Source: a virus. From it: a stretch of DNA of 45,748 nt. The notes under the pieces are model-generated. The model did not search any database, was not told the DNA's origin, and saw only the letters and a program-made list of their open reading frames with translations. Position numbers and translations under genes: made by a program. Positions 10,179-18,040 of the stretch are shown piece by piece. The stretch is from the IMG/VR virus record IMGVR_UViG_3300045988_020540. The stretch is one strand, 5' to 3'. Each line of letters starts with the position of its first letter. The stretch's first letter is position 1.

Positions 10179-10784
10179 TCACTCTTCCTCTGCATCAATG
10201 TGTAGTTCCACGGTGCATCGGCAGTTCACATTGTTCTCAGCTTTTGCAAACCCTCCGGGGTAAGCTGCATGATCTCCGTCAAATGTCCAGAACTCTTCGT
10301 CCAGAGATACCGAAGCACCTTCCAGATAACGATGCGTTTCCCGCACCTTGTCATCCATAACCGTGTACCAATTCTTTGTCACCCCATATCCAACACTGGA
10401 TTGGTACTGGTGTCCTCCATCCAGAACCGCAGCGTTGTATACTCTGTGAAATTCAGATTCAGCAAGAGTCTGTAGCCCCTGTAAATCTCCTGAGAGGACA
10501 TGATCTGCAACCCTGTCCTCAAATGTCTTACCATCAATCACCAAGTAGATGACTTCATCCATGCTTCTCACATCCACGGTCAGATCATAAGCAAGCATCT
10601 CCGAAGCGGCTTGTACGCCCTTGCGGTAGGCATTTATGAGCAGTGACAAAATGTCATCTGCTATTTGACTGACCTGTGCGGTCTGATCCTCTGTAGTTTC
10701 GGAAGCGGTGTTATAACTGACAGCGGTAAGGGCATTGATTTCATCAAACGCCAGAATGTAATTTGAAAGTGTCTGTTTATTCAT
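10179..10784 (-). CDS. Minor head protein, SPP1 gp7 / Mu F-like head morphogenesis family
   Basis: The C-terminal motif ...KAENNVNCRCTVELH is typical of gp7-family proteins, and the gene is downstream of the portal. The start has no obvious RBS and lies 3 nt after a terminator-like T-run. Confidence 0.65.
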   Translation of the reverse strand: MNKQTLSNYILAFDEINALTAVSYNTASETTEDQTAQVSQIADDILSLLINAYRKGVQAASEMLAYDLTVDVRSMDEVIYLVIDGKTFEDRVADHVLSGDLQGLQTLAESEFHRVYNAAVLDGGHQYQSSVGYGVTKNWYTVMDDKVRETHRYLEGASVSLDEEFWTFDGDHAAYPGGFAKAENNVNCRCTVELHIDAEEE

Positions 10785-10787
10785 GAC

Positions 10788-10827
10788 AAAATAAAAAGGG
10801 ACTATGAGTTGTTACACTCACAGTCCC
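10788..10827 (-). terminator. Intrinsic terminator-like hairpin plus T-run between the portal and minor head genes
   Basis: The minus strand reads GGGACTGTGAGT-GTAACA-ACTCATAGTCCC (12 bp stem with one G-U pair) followed by TTTTTATTTT. Confidence 0.6.
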
Positions 10828-10912
10828 ATTGGACTCACCAGAACCTTTGTCCCGGCGTTACTCTTTCATCTTCATTTTTCGCTTGATTTCAACAATGGTG
10901 ATCTTACCCTGC

Positions 10913-12409
10913 TCAATCAGTATTTCCACTCTGCTCCCGTGTTTCAGCAGACTTTCCATCTGCTCCACCATTTCCTTCGTTATTACCGGAGTCATCGTCA
11001 TTCCCCTCCTGTTTCATTCTTTGCTGTTGCTCAAACAACTCTTGTGCCTTTTGCTCCTGTTCCTCTGCATACTCAGCACTTAATGTATATGCAAGGTCAG
11101 AATCTACAAACAATCCACAATGCTCAAATGCAAGACGTGGATGAATTTTGTTATTTTTCAGCATCAGATCAAGCACCTGTGCCTTTTGAAGAATGTTTTC
11201 GTAGTTCCTTCGTGTAAACCGGATTTCTACATTGCATACCTTCAAGTCCATATCCGCAAGAGTACGGCAGATGTTCAGAACCACCTTCAAGAAAATTCTC
11301 TCCGACTTCTTAAACATCAACTCACTGTCTTTTGCTCTGGCTTCGGCAGCAGACCAACCATCACGCATGATAACGGCAGACCCCGTATCAGATGTTGAAG
11401 AACCGCCATTACGGTTCGGCATACCACAGATGGTAAGCACTGTCTGATACATATGGTCTACCAAGGTCTGAGTCTCACCCTGATTGAGATTACTTACCAG
11501 ATAGTTAATCTCAGCTTTCAACTGGGGATCAATGTCTTTGAACTTGATAGCCCCTCTTTCCCGGAGTTCGTCAAAATCTTCGGAACTGATATCTACGTTG
11601 TGGAATAGCATCAATGCCTGAATGAACTGCTCCACTCCATCCAGACGGTTACTGTCTGTCAGGTTGATTGCATCCAGAAGCGGGATAACCAGTTCAAAAG
11701 CACCAATCCTTGCCATATTTAGCGGATATTCGATAATCGGAATCTCACCCAAAATATGTGTGTCGTAGGAAACCACCTTCGACTCCACAATCTCAAAATA
11801 CTCATGATCGGAATAGCAACTGTAATGTACCACTCCATTTTCATCCACCACATACTTAACACCCAGAATTGGCTTGTTACCTAAACCGTTGTTATAGACC
11901 ACGAAGGTATTTCTGGGATCAAGAGTGTAGATTTCAAACGGGGATTCATCGTCCTCTCCTGCCATTTCATCCGGGAGTACCATACGGAAGGAAGTTCCGC
12001 AGATATGAAACCAGTCGGCAAGTTCTTTGTCCTTCGCAGGCTTTTCCTCTGCAAATACGAACTCATTAAGCTGATTGATTGCATCGGCAATATTCTCAGC
12101 GTTTCCTCTGGAAACATACTGTAACGGTTCACCCATGAGGTAGCCTGACTTGAATGAGACAATCTCATTCGCACGATTCTCAACGATCTTGTTTGTGATC
12201 TCAGGTCTTACTTCCTTCACACGATTAAGAATCGGCTGTCTACCCTTGTAGTAAGACCACAGGTAGCTGATCTCGCTTCGGTTCTTCCAGTGGTACGGTA
12301 ATGCTTTTCGCAAAATCTGAACCACGTTACCAATATTTACTTCGGTTTCATCTGTCAGGATCATCCTTCGTCCGTTCAGATGTAAATAGGGTTCTACCAC
12401 TGGTGACAC
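10913..12409 (-). CDS. Portal protein (SPP1 gp6-like)
   Basis: 498 aa ORF directly downstream of terL. The track start is a GTG. A second GTG at 12400 has better spacing from the AAGGAGG RBS. Confidence 0.85.
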   Translation of the reverse strand: MSPVVEPYLHLNGRRMILTDETEVNIGNVVQILRKALPYHWKNRSEISYLWSYYKGRQPILNRVKEVRPEITNKIVENRANEIVSFKSGYLMGEPLQYVSRGNAENIADAINQLNEFVFAEEKPAKDKELADWFHICGTSFRMVLPDEMAGEDDESPFEIYTLDPRNTFVVYNNGLGNKPILGVKYVVDENGVVHYSCYSDHEYFEIVESKVVSYDTHILGEIPIIEYPLNMARIGAFELVIPLLDAINLTDSNRLDGVEQFIQALMLFHNVDISSEDFDELRERGAIKFKDIDPQLKAEINYLVSNLNQGETQTLVDHMYQTVLTICGMPNRNGGSSTSDTGSAVIMRDGWSAAEARAKDSELMFKKSERIFLKVVLNICRTLADMDLKVCNVEIRFTRRNYENILQKAQVLDLMLKNNKIHPRLAFEHCGLFVDSDLAYTLSAEYAEEQEQKAQELFEQQQRMKQEGNDDDSGNNEGNGGADGKSAETREQSGNTD

Positions 12410-12439
12410 CTCCTTCTTAATAATCTTTCTCTATGGTTT

Positions 12440-12468
12440 ATTATAGCACTCTTCAATGGTTAAATCAA
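12440..12468 (-). promoter_or_regulatory. Candidate sigma-70-type promoter between terL and portal
   Basis: The minus strand reads TTGATT (12468..12463), a 17 nt spacer, then TATAAT (12445..12440). Confidence 0.35.
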
Positions 12469-12508
12469 GTAATATTTAGGCATAAGCATTGGAGACTTTT
12501 TGAGAAAA

Positions 12509-14176
12509 TTAAATCCTTCTGTCCATAATCTCAACCGTATTTCCGATTAACCCTCTCAGTTCATTTTCAAGCAATGCAAGGGAATCTGGTGCGTCATCGT
12601 GCGGTACTTTACCAGATCGGGTATAAGTAGTCACCTGCTTCAAGAAAGCTGCATACTGGCTATTCCTTGCGTACAGTGACGGGTCTTTGAAGTAGAACTT
12701 CTTCAAGATGTTGTCCGATGCGAACTCAATACGGGTCTGCTTGTTACTGATCGTCTGCTTCGTTCGGATATTGCACACATACTTCCTGTCAGTTAAAATC
12801 TGCTGCACGTCACGGGCAAAATACTTACCTGCATTGTTCGACTCAAAGGTACTGGCTACCACTTTGTTGTCAATGAGTGCTTTCGCACATTCTGGTTTGG
12901 TTACTTCCGGTACAGAATCGTCAAAGACTACATCTACGATGTAGACCTCACTTCCGTACACCGCAGCAATCGGCATAGCACAGAAGTCATCTCCGGTGTC
13001 CGCAGTATCACAGACAGCAATGATACTGTCAGGATCACGGTCAATCGGCAGTTCAAAGTAGCGGTTAAGACTCTTCTCCGGGAAAAGGATTCCTTTTGCT
13101 TCAAACGGCTGCTGCTGAAATTCGGACTCAAACTGTTCCTCAGAAAGCATCTCACGCTGATCCCTAAAATACTGAGTGGTGAAAACCTTTCTACCCTCAC
13201 GCATATACTCAAAGTTACTTTCATCTGTCACCGGATCAAGAGCAGGTGTCTCAATAATCTTGCATCGTTTTCCCTGTTTCTGCATCTCTTCCTGCAAATG
13301 ACCGATAGGATCATACAGAGAGTATCGTGTACCGCAGATGACAATAGGTGTACCCTCAATAGCACGTCCGATGATATCACCAGAGATGACCTCCCACTTA
13401 TCATCAAGTCTCTGACGGTTCTTCGCTTCCTCACGTCCTTCTACACAGTCATCGAGGTACAGAAGGTTAGTTGCTTCGGAAAGACCTACCTGACGGGCAT
13501 CAATGGATCGGCACATAACGGTAGGGAATCGGGACTTGTGCAGAAGGTTGATAATCTTCGTATCGGCATTGGTCTGGACAAGTTTGCTCTCCGGGAAAAT
13601 ATCATAAAAATGATAGTCACTGGGAAGAGTCAGATATTCCAGACAACCAAGATAGAACGATTTAACAAGGTCATCACCTGTACCTTCCATAAGCGTTGCT
13701 CTGTCTGGGTACTTACCGGAAAGCATATTCGTAAAATTGATACCTAACTGGGACTTCCCGGCTCTCTTCGGCATGGAGATGGATAGGAAGTCCAGTTTCC
13801 CGTCAAGAATCTCCTGATATGCGTCTACATATCTTCGCAGATAGTGACGGCGGGGCTGATAGAATTTCTTATCAAGCGGCTTGCCGTACTCTACCGCTTG
13901 TAAGTAATCATCGAAGAAATGCTGTGCCCCGAAAAGAAGTGACCTGAACATCAGATCATCAAACTCTCTGGCTTCGTCAAATTTCTGACAGCTTACCGTC
14001 ATCCGCAGTCCCCATGAGATATGATTACGCAGTTCATGATTCCATGCGTGTGCGGTTTGGAAGTCAATCTTCTCATACTCCCGGCAGACTGCAAACATTT
14101 CTTCGTATGCAGACCTATCAAGCGGATTCCTTTCTATAGCTTCATAAATCTTTTGTTTCAATTTCAAATAATTCAT
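12509..14176 (-). CDS. terL: Terminase large subunit
   Basis: About 555 aa. An ATPase region (MPKRAGKS; LYLDDCVEG) is followed by a nuclease-like C-terminal half. I prefer the start at 14176 (MNYLKLKQ) because of the GGAGG RBS at 14182..14190. The track ORF extends to 14254, into a terminator. Confidence 0.85.
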   Translation of the reverse strand: MNYLKLKQKIYEAIERNPLDRSAYEEMFAVCREYEKIDFQTAHAWNHELRNHISWGLRMTVSCQKFDEAREFDDLMFRSLLFGAQHFFDDYLQAVEYGKPLDKKFYQPRRHYLRRYVDAYQEILDGKLDFLSISMPKRAGKSQLGINFTNMLSGKYPDRATLMEGTGDDLVKSFYLGCLEYLTLPSDYHFYDIFPESKLVQTNADTKIINLLHKSRFPTVMCRSIDARQVGLSEATNLLYLDDCVEGREEAKNRQRLDDKWEVISGDIIGRAIEGTPIVICGTRYSLYDPIGHLQEEMQKQGKRCKIIETPALDPVTDESNFEYMREGRKVFTTQYFRDQREMLSEEQFESEFQQQPFEAKGILFPEKSLNRYFELPIDRDPDSIIAVCDTADTGDDFCAMPIAAVYGSEVYIVDVVFDDSVPEVTKPECAKALIDNKVVASTFESNNAGKYFARDVQQILTDRKYVCNIRTKQTISNKQTRIEFASDNILKKFYFKDPSLYARNSQYAAFLKQVTTYTRSGKVPHDDAPDSLALLENELRGLIGNTVEIMDRRI

Positions 14177-14190
14177 AATAACCTCCTGAG

Positions 14191-14223
14191 AATAAAAAAA
14201 AGGACTGTCAAAACGACAGTCCC
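14191..14223 (-). terminator. Intrinsic terminator immediately upstream of the terL RBS
   Basis: The minus strand reads GGACTGTC-GTTTT-GACAGTCC followed by eight T. A second hairpin, GCTGTAG-GGATG-CTACAGC, lies just upstream. Confidence 0.7.
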
Positions 14224-14262
14224 ATTGGACAAGCTGTAGCATCCCTACAGCCAAGTATTCAG

Positions 14263-14490
14263 TTAATCAATAAGCGGCAATCCGTTGTTATCCTTTAATC
14301 GTCCTCTCATGATTTTGATAATATCAAGCAGCCATCCTATAAACAGGAAGTTGAAGGTGAACATTGCAAGCAGACCTCTCATGAATCTTCCCACATAGAA
14401 ATAGTGACCTCCGAACACTCCTGTAAAAATACAGAGTAATAACGCAGTCCTTTTCTTCTTATGACTGCTCAGATAAACACCTGTAGCCAT
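14263..14490 (-). CDS. TM2 domain-containing small membrane protein
   Basis: 75 aa with two hydrophobic helices and the pattern GVFGGHYFYVGR...GWLLD typical of the TM2 domain. Confidence 0.6.
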   Translation of the reverse strand: MATGVYLSSHKKKRTALLLCIFTGVFGGHYFYVGRFMRGLLAMFTFNFLFIGWLLDIIKIMRGRLKDNNGLPLID

Positions 14491-14502
14491 ACTTGATCCT
14501 CC

Positions 14503-14652
14503 TTATAAGTTTGCTAAAATTCTGAATGGTAATCTAAACATCCATAGGATAGGCATGATTATTACATAGTACACGATCTTCATAGATACCCAGAACATCA
14601 GTCGGAAGCATAACCACATGAAATAGCAAATGCCCCATAGTAAATATAGCAT
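14503..14652 (-). CDS. Small hydrophobic protein (49 aa), not in the ORF track
   Basis: My translation is MLYLLWGICYFMWLCFRLMFWVSMKIVYYVIIMPILWMFRLPFRILANL. The ATG lies 2 nt after the upstream stop, and the ORF ends just before the RBS of the TM2 gene. Confidence 0.4.
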   Translation of the reverse strand: MLYLLWGICYFMWLCFRLMFWVSMKIVYYVIIMPILWMFRLPFRILANL

Positions 14653-14654
14653 AC

Positions 14655-14891
14655 CTATCCCTCACTTTCACCATCCAAAATCATCTCTTCATCTTCTGAC
14701 TGTATAATGATCTGAAACTCCATTGCATCAGCCCACTTTATGAGCGTTTCTACAGTCATACCCATACCATCATTTCTCAGGAGAGTCTTACCGATACTGC
14801 CTTGACCGGAATAACCAAGTTCCTCAGCCAGTTTCCGTTGACTCCATCCTCTTTTAGAAAGCATGGTTTTTACACAATCTTTCACGGTCAT
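14655..14891 (-). CDS. XRE-family helix-turn-helix DNA-binding protein
   Basis: 78 aa. WSQRKLAEELGYSGQGSIGKTL is an HTH signature. The architecture is paralogous to 15050..15268. Confidence 0.75.
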   Translation of the reverse strand: MTVKDCVKTMLSKRGWSQRKLAEELGYSGQGSIGKTLLRNDGMGMTVETLIKWADAMEFQIIIQSEDEEMILDGESEG

Positions 14892-14918
14892 AGCCGTCAG
14901 CCCTCCTTAATCAGACTT

Positions 14919-14956
14919 ATTGGCGTATGCCTATCATGATAGACGTATGTCTATTA
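14919..14956. promoter_or_regulatory. Two adjacent operator-like palindromes (sites A and B)
   Basis: Site A is attGGCgtatGCCtat. Site B is atAGACgtatGTCTat at 14938..14956. Site B overlaps a minus-strand TATAAT at 14953..14958, upstream of gene 14655..14891. Confidence 0.55.
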
Positions 14957-15008
14957 TACTCCCTAACTTTTTATAGTATAGCCCTATCTAAGAGAAGTTA
15001 TAGCACTT

Positions 15009-15049
15009 GATAGACGTATGTCTATTTTTAATAGGCGTATGCCTATCAT
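15009..15049. promoter_or_regulatory. Two operator-like palindromes (sites C and D), in mirror order relative to sites A and B
   Basis: Site C is gATAGACgtatGTCTATt at 15009..15027. Site D is ATAGGCgtatGCCTAT at 15031..15049. Site D abuts the stop of gene 15050..15268. Confidence 0.55.
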
Positions 15050-15268
15050 TTATTCTGAAATCTCAAATGTCTCACCAGTCGAATTGTCTGTAACAGTCAA
15101 TGAACAATCCATCACCTTCAAGAAACGGATCAGCATGGAGATTTTCATATCACGATTAAGAGCCTGACTTACACCAGATTGGCTTTTCATCTCCATCTTC
15201 TCTCTCATTTCAGTCTGAGTGATTTCCTTCTGTGCCATGAGATTTTTAATTACTTCGTTAGCCTGCAT
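15050..15268 (-). CDS. Small HTH DNA-binding protein, candidate repressor of the divergent cassette
   Basis: ITQTEMREKMEMKSQSGVSQAL looks like an HTH. I prefer the start at 15268 (MQANEV) because of the GGAGG RBS at 15276..15280. It is divergent from the plus-strand operon. Confidence 0.65.
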   Translation of the reverse strand: MQANEVIKNLMAQKEITQTEMREKMEMKSQSGVSQALNRDMKISMLIRFLKVMDCSLTVTDNSTGETFEISE

Positions 15269-15280
15269 TGTGCTACCTCC

Positions 15281-15321
15281 TTTCATGCTTACATGATATT
15301 ATGATTTTATGATATTGTCAA
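15281..15321 (-). promoter_or_regulatory. Promoter of the HTH gene, with overlapping operator O1
   Basis: The minus strand reads TTGACA (15321..15316), a 17 nt spacer, then TATCAT (15298..15293). The palindrome tttcatg-ctta-catgata (15281..15298) covers the -10 element. Confidence 0.55.
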
Positions 15322-15443
15322 GACCTTTTTAATTTTTGCGGAACTTTCGCACCTCACCCGCCCCGGCTGTCGGGGGTCTATTTCCCCCTCCGGGGGTATG
15401 CTGTCCCGGTGCTGCTGTCCTGTCACCAGATCACAAAAAAAAA

Positions 15444-15508
15444 TATCATGTAATCATGATAAAATGCTTGACAATATCATGCATATATGATATCATGTAA
15501 ACATGATA
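15444..15508 (+). promoter_or_regulatory. Promoter of the plus-strand cassette, with operators O2 and O3
   Basis: TTGACA at 15468..15473, a 17 nt spacer, then TATCAT at 15491..15496. TATCATG-N4-CATGATA palindromes lie at 15444..15461 and 15491..15508; the second covers the -10. The same 13-mer, CTTGACAATATCAT, is used by the divergent promoter. Confidence 0.55.
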
Positions 15509-15624
15509 AAGAGATAGCAACGACAACTAAATAATTATAGGTTGTCAATGCTGCTGTATAGCAGGCAAGCCGCCCGGTGTACAGATTGCACAAATTGATA
15601 ATTGAATATAGGAGGTCAAGTATT

Positions 15625-16002
15625 ATGTATGATTACAGAGAAGCAATGACAGAGGATGTAAAAGAATGGATCAAAGAAAACATTGATTTGACAGAGTGGA
15701 CAGAGGACAGAGAAGGACTTGAGCAACAGTTAAATGATGATCTTTGGACAGAGGACAGCATAACAGGAAATGCAAGCGGTTCTTATTATTGTAACTCTTA
15801 CAATGCAGAGGAAAGCATAGCTCACAACTGGGATTTACTCAACGAAGCCCTTGACAAGTTCGGACAGAACGACATAAACGTTATCAAAAAGGGTGCTGAG
15901 TGGGCAGATGTAACAATTCGTTGTTACCTTCTGGGGTCTGTAATATCCGATGTATTAAACGAGATGGAAGAAAACGGGGACTTTGACGAGTCCGACAACT
16001 AG
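15625..16002 (+). CDS. Acidic hypothetical protein (125 aa), first gene of the cassette
   Basis: ATG at 15625 is preceded by ataggaggtc. The track ORF starts earlier, at 15577, without an RBS. I recognise no motif. Confidence 0.6.
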   Translation: MYDYREAMTEDVKEWIKENIDLTEWTEDREGLEQQLNDDLWTEDSITGNASGSYYCNSYNAEESIAHNWDLLNEALDKFGQNDINVIKKGAEWADVTIRCYLLGSVISDVLNEMEENGDFDESDN

Positions 16003-16104
16003 CACACGTTGCGGCGTGTATAAATAGCCAGTCAAGCCGCAAGCGTCCCGGCTCTGCCGGGGGTCTGGAAACAGAACACAATAGAATATAGGAGGTCTTA
16101 TATT

Positions 16105-16449
16105 ATGAGAGAATACAGCTTTAGAAAAGATGGTTTTACTTTTGAGAGAGTCAGCAAGGCAACAGCCCGCCGGGTATTTAATAACAATATGCCTATTATG
16201 TTATGCCCTTGCAATTTAAGACCAGAAATAGGGTTATTTAGTACAGTAGTACAGAACGGGAAATATTTAGACACAACGTTTGAAACCCTATTAAATACGT
16301 TTGAATATTACAACTGTACAACCAACGAAACGGGACGTTATACAGCGTTTTATATCCCGGTGACAGAGGTTGACCGCTTTACAGGTGAAACACCAACGGC
16401 GGCAACTCTGGGAACTGTAAAACAATATGATTATAACTTTATAAACTAG
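16105..16449 (+). CDS. Hypothetical protein (114 aa)
   Basis: The RBS context (gaatataggaggtc...tattATG) is nearly identical to that of the preceding gene. Confidence 0.6.
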   Translation: MREYSFRKDGFTFERVSKATARRVFNNNMPIMLCPCNLRPEIGLFSTVVQNGKYLDTTFETLLNTFEYYNCTTNETGRYTAFYIPVTEVDRFTGETPTAATLGTVKQYDYNFIN

Positions 16450-16558
16450 CCACAAGCCCCGGCAACAGTCCGGGGCATTGGTTTATAATGCAGCCGTAGG
16501 CGGTCACAAGCCCGCATAAATGCAGAGTGTAAACCAATATAGAAAAGGACGTGATAGC

Positions 16559-17287
16559 ATGAAAAGAGTCTGGAAAACACCAGAACTTGATTATTATAAC
16601 CTTTATGCCGATATGCTACAACAGCCCCATTTATTAATTGCAGGGGCTACGGGCAGCGGTAAAAGCGTTGTAATAAATGGCATGATGACAACAGCACTAA
16701 AGGACAGCCCCGCCGCTGTACAGTTTATATTGATCGACCCTAAACGGGTTGAACTGGTGGACTATAAAGAACTGCCCCACACACTGCGTTATAGCAGTGA
16801 ACCGGGGGAAATGGTACAGGCATTACAGGAAGCTATAACAATAACTGATAACAGGTATAGAGATATGGCACGGCAGCACGTCAAGAAATACGGCGGCGGT
16901 GCTGTGTATGTAGTTATTGATGAATTAGCGGATTTGATGACAACGAACAAAAAGCAAGTACAGCCGATATTACAGCGGCTCTGTCAGATCGGCAGGGCGG
17001 CAAACGTCCACGTTGTAGCCGCTACACAGTGCCCGTTGTCTGCTGTGATCCCTACACCTATAAAAGTAAACTTTGATAGCCGTGTAGCCCTCAGAACACG
17101 CAGCGGACAGGACAGTAGAAACATTTTAGGCGTGACAGGTTGCGAACTGCTACCCCGGTACGGTCAAGGCTACTACATGACCCCGGAGGGATGCCGACTG
17201 TATAATATCCCGATGTATGAAACAGAAACCCCGGACATAATAGAATATTGGAGGAAACAGAAACCCCGGATTGTATGGAATGGATAG
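16559..17287 (+). CDS. FtsK/SpoIIIE-family ATPase, motor core only, with no membrane or gamma domain
   Basis: Walker A is LLIAGATGSGKSV. LIDPKRVEL and Walker B YVVIDELADLM are followed by HVVAATQCP and a DSRNILG motif, all in the order seen in FtsK_SpoIIIE domains. I prefer the start at 16559 (MKRVWK). Confidence 0.85.
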   Translation: MKRVWKTPELDYYNLYADMLQQPHLLIAGATGSGKSVVINGMMTTALKDSPAAVQFILIDPKRVELVDYKELPHTLRYSSEPGEMVQALQEAITITDNRYRDMARQHVKKYGGGAVYVVIDELADLMTTNKKQVQPILQRLCQIGRAANVHVVAATQCPLSAVIPTPIKVNFDSRVALRTRSGQDSRNILGVTGCELLPRYGQGYYMTPEGCRLYNIPMYETETPDIIEYWRKQKPRIVWNG

Positions 17288-17294
17288 AACGCCC

Positions 17295-17320
17295 GCCCCA
17301 TATGATCCGGGGCTTTCTTT
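17295..17320 (+). terminator. Weak intrinsic terminator after the FtsK-like gene
   Basis: gcccc-atatgatcc-ggggc followed by tttcttta, 8 nt after the TAG stop. Confidence 0.4.
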
Positions 17321-17386
17321 ATACCCTCAGAACGCACACACGTCCCGGCAGCAGGTCTTTCCTACACCGGGGCGTATTTCATTGCC

Positions 17387-18040
17387 TTATTTAATTTTAG
17401 GGCTTTCTGCCCTTTCTGCGACTTCTGAGATTTCACTTTCTGGCACGTCTACAATATCGGCATTATCAAGATATTTCCTTGCAAGGGCTTCTGTGTCGGC
17501 ACTGTCACCTAACGGATTGTTAGGAGTCAGAACCATTTCTGTCTGATCCTTCATACCGTCATAGTTCTTCTGCCAGAATATGCCAGTAACCGGATTGACC
17601 TTGCCATCCTGCATAAGTCCTTCCCTGTAAAGGGCACAGACTTTCTGCACCTTTTTGATAAAGTCGGTGCGGGCGGGGTTCGTTGTACAACGGTTGACCC
17701 ACTCCCATGCAATACCCTTATCTATTCCTATCGCAGCATACGCAGCCTGATTCCCTATCTTCATATCGTATTTTGCACACGTTTCCAGATAGTGCATGAA
17801 CCGTCTTTCCATCTCTTCTATGTCGTTATAGTTCAACTTCTCAGACGGCATGATCTCCATAGTGAACTGAATCATCCGGGAGTTATACCCTTCTGGCAGA
17901 TCAGGATTGTGACCCTGTACAATCGGGCTATTCTCTCTTGCTTTTTCCAAGTTCGCAGGGCTACTCTTCTGATACCCTGCTGTCCTTCTGGGCTTTCTGT
18001 CCTTCCCTCTCGTTCTGGGCTTCTTCTGTTCTTCTGCCAT
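17387..18040 (-). CDS. terS: Terminase small subunit (putative)
   Basis: 217 aa. GIFWQKNYDGMKDQTE resembles the conserved (A/G)IF-LKN-G-KD box near the C-terminus of many Firmicutes TerS proteins. The N-terminus is basic. It is the first gene after the replication block. Confidence 0.6.
   Translation of the reverse strand: MAEEQKKPRTRGKDRKPRRTAGYQKSSPANLEKARENSPIVQGHNPDLPEGYNSRMIQFTMEIMPSEKLNYNDIEEMERRFMHYLETCAKYDMKIGNQAAYAAIGIDKGIAWEWVNRCTTNPARTDFIKKVQKVCALYREGLMQDGKVNPVTGIFWQKNYDGMKDQTEMVLTPNNPLGDSADTEALARKYLDNADIVDVPESEISEVAERAESPKIK

Noticed and set aside
14177-14254. N-terminal extensions given by the ORF track for terL (to 14254), nrdD (to 23977), the HD gene (to 26168), polB (to 32715), the cro-like gene (to 35806), the integrase (from 36383) and others.
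   Set aside because: The extensions lack RBS and run through terminators, promoters or upstream genes. Internal ATGs preceded by GGAGG-type RBS give starts consistent with the protein families.
16452-16478. ccacaagccccggcaacagtccgggg in the FtsK cassette resembles the VR/TR 3' end acaagccggggcaacccc, which hints at a third DGR target.
   Set aside because: The match is only about 13 scattered bases. No AAY-derived variable stretch follows it. The site is intergenic and on the opposite strand context. It is most likely chance similarity between GC-rich hairpins.
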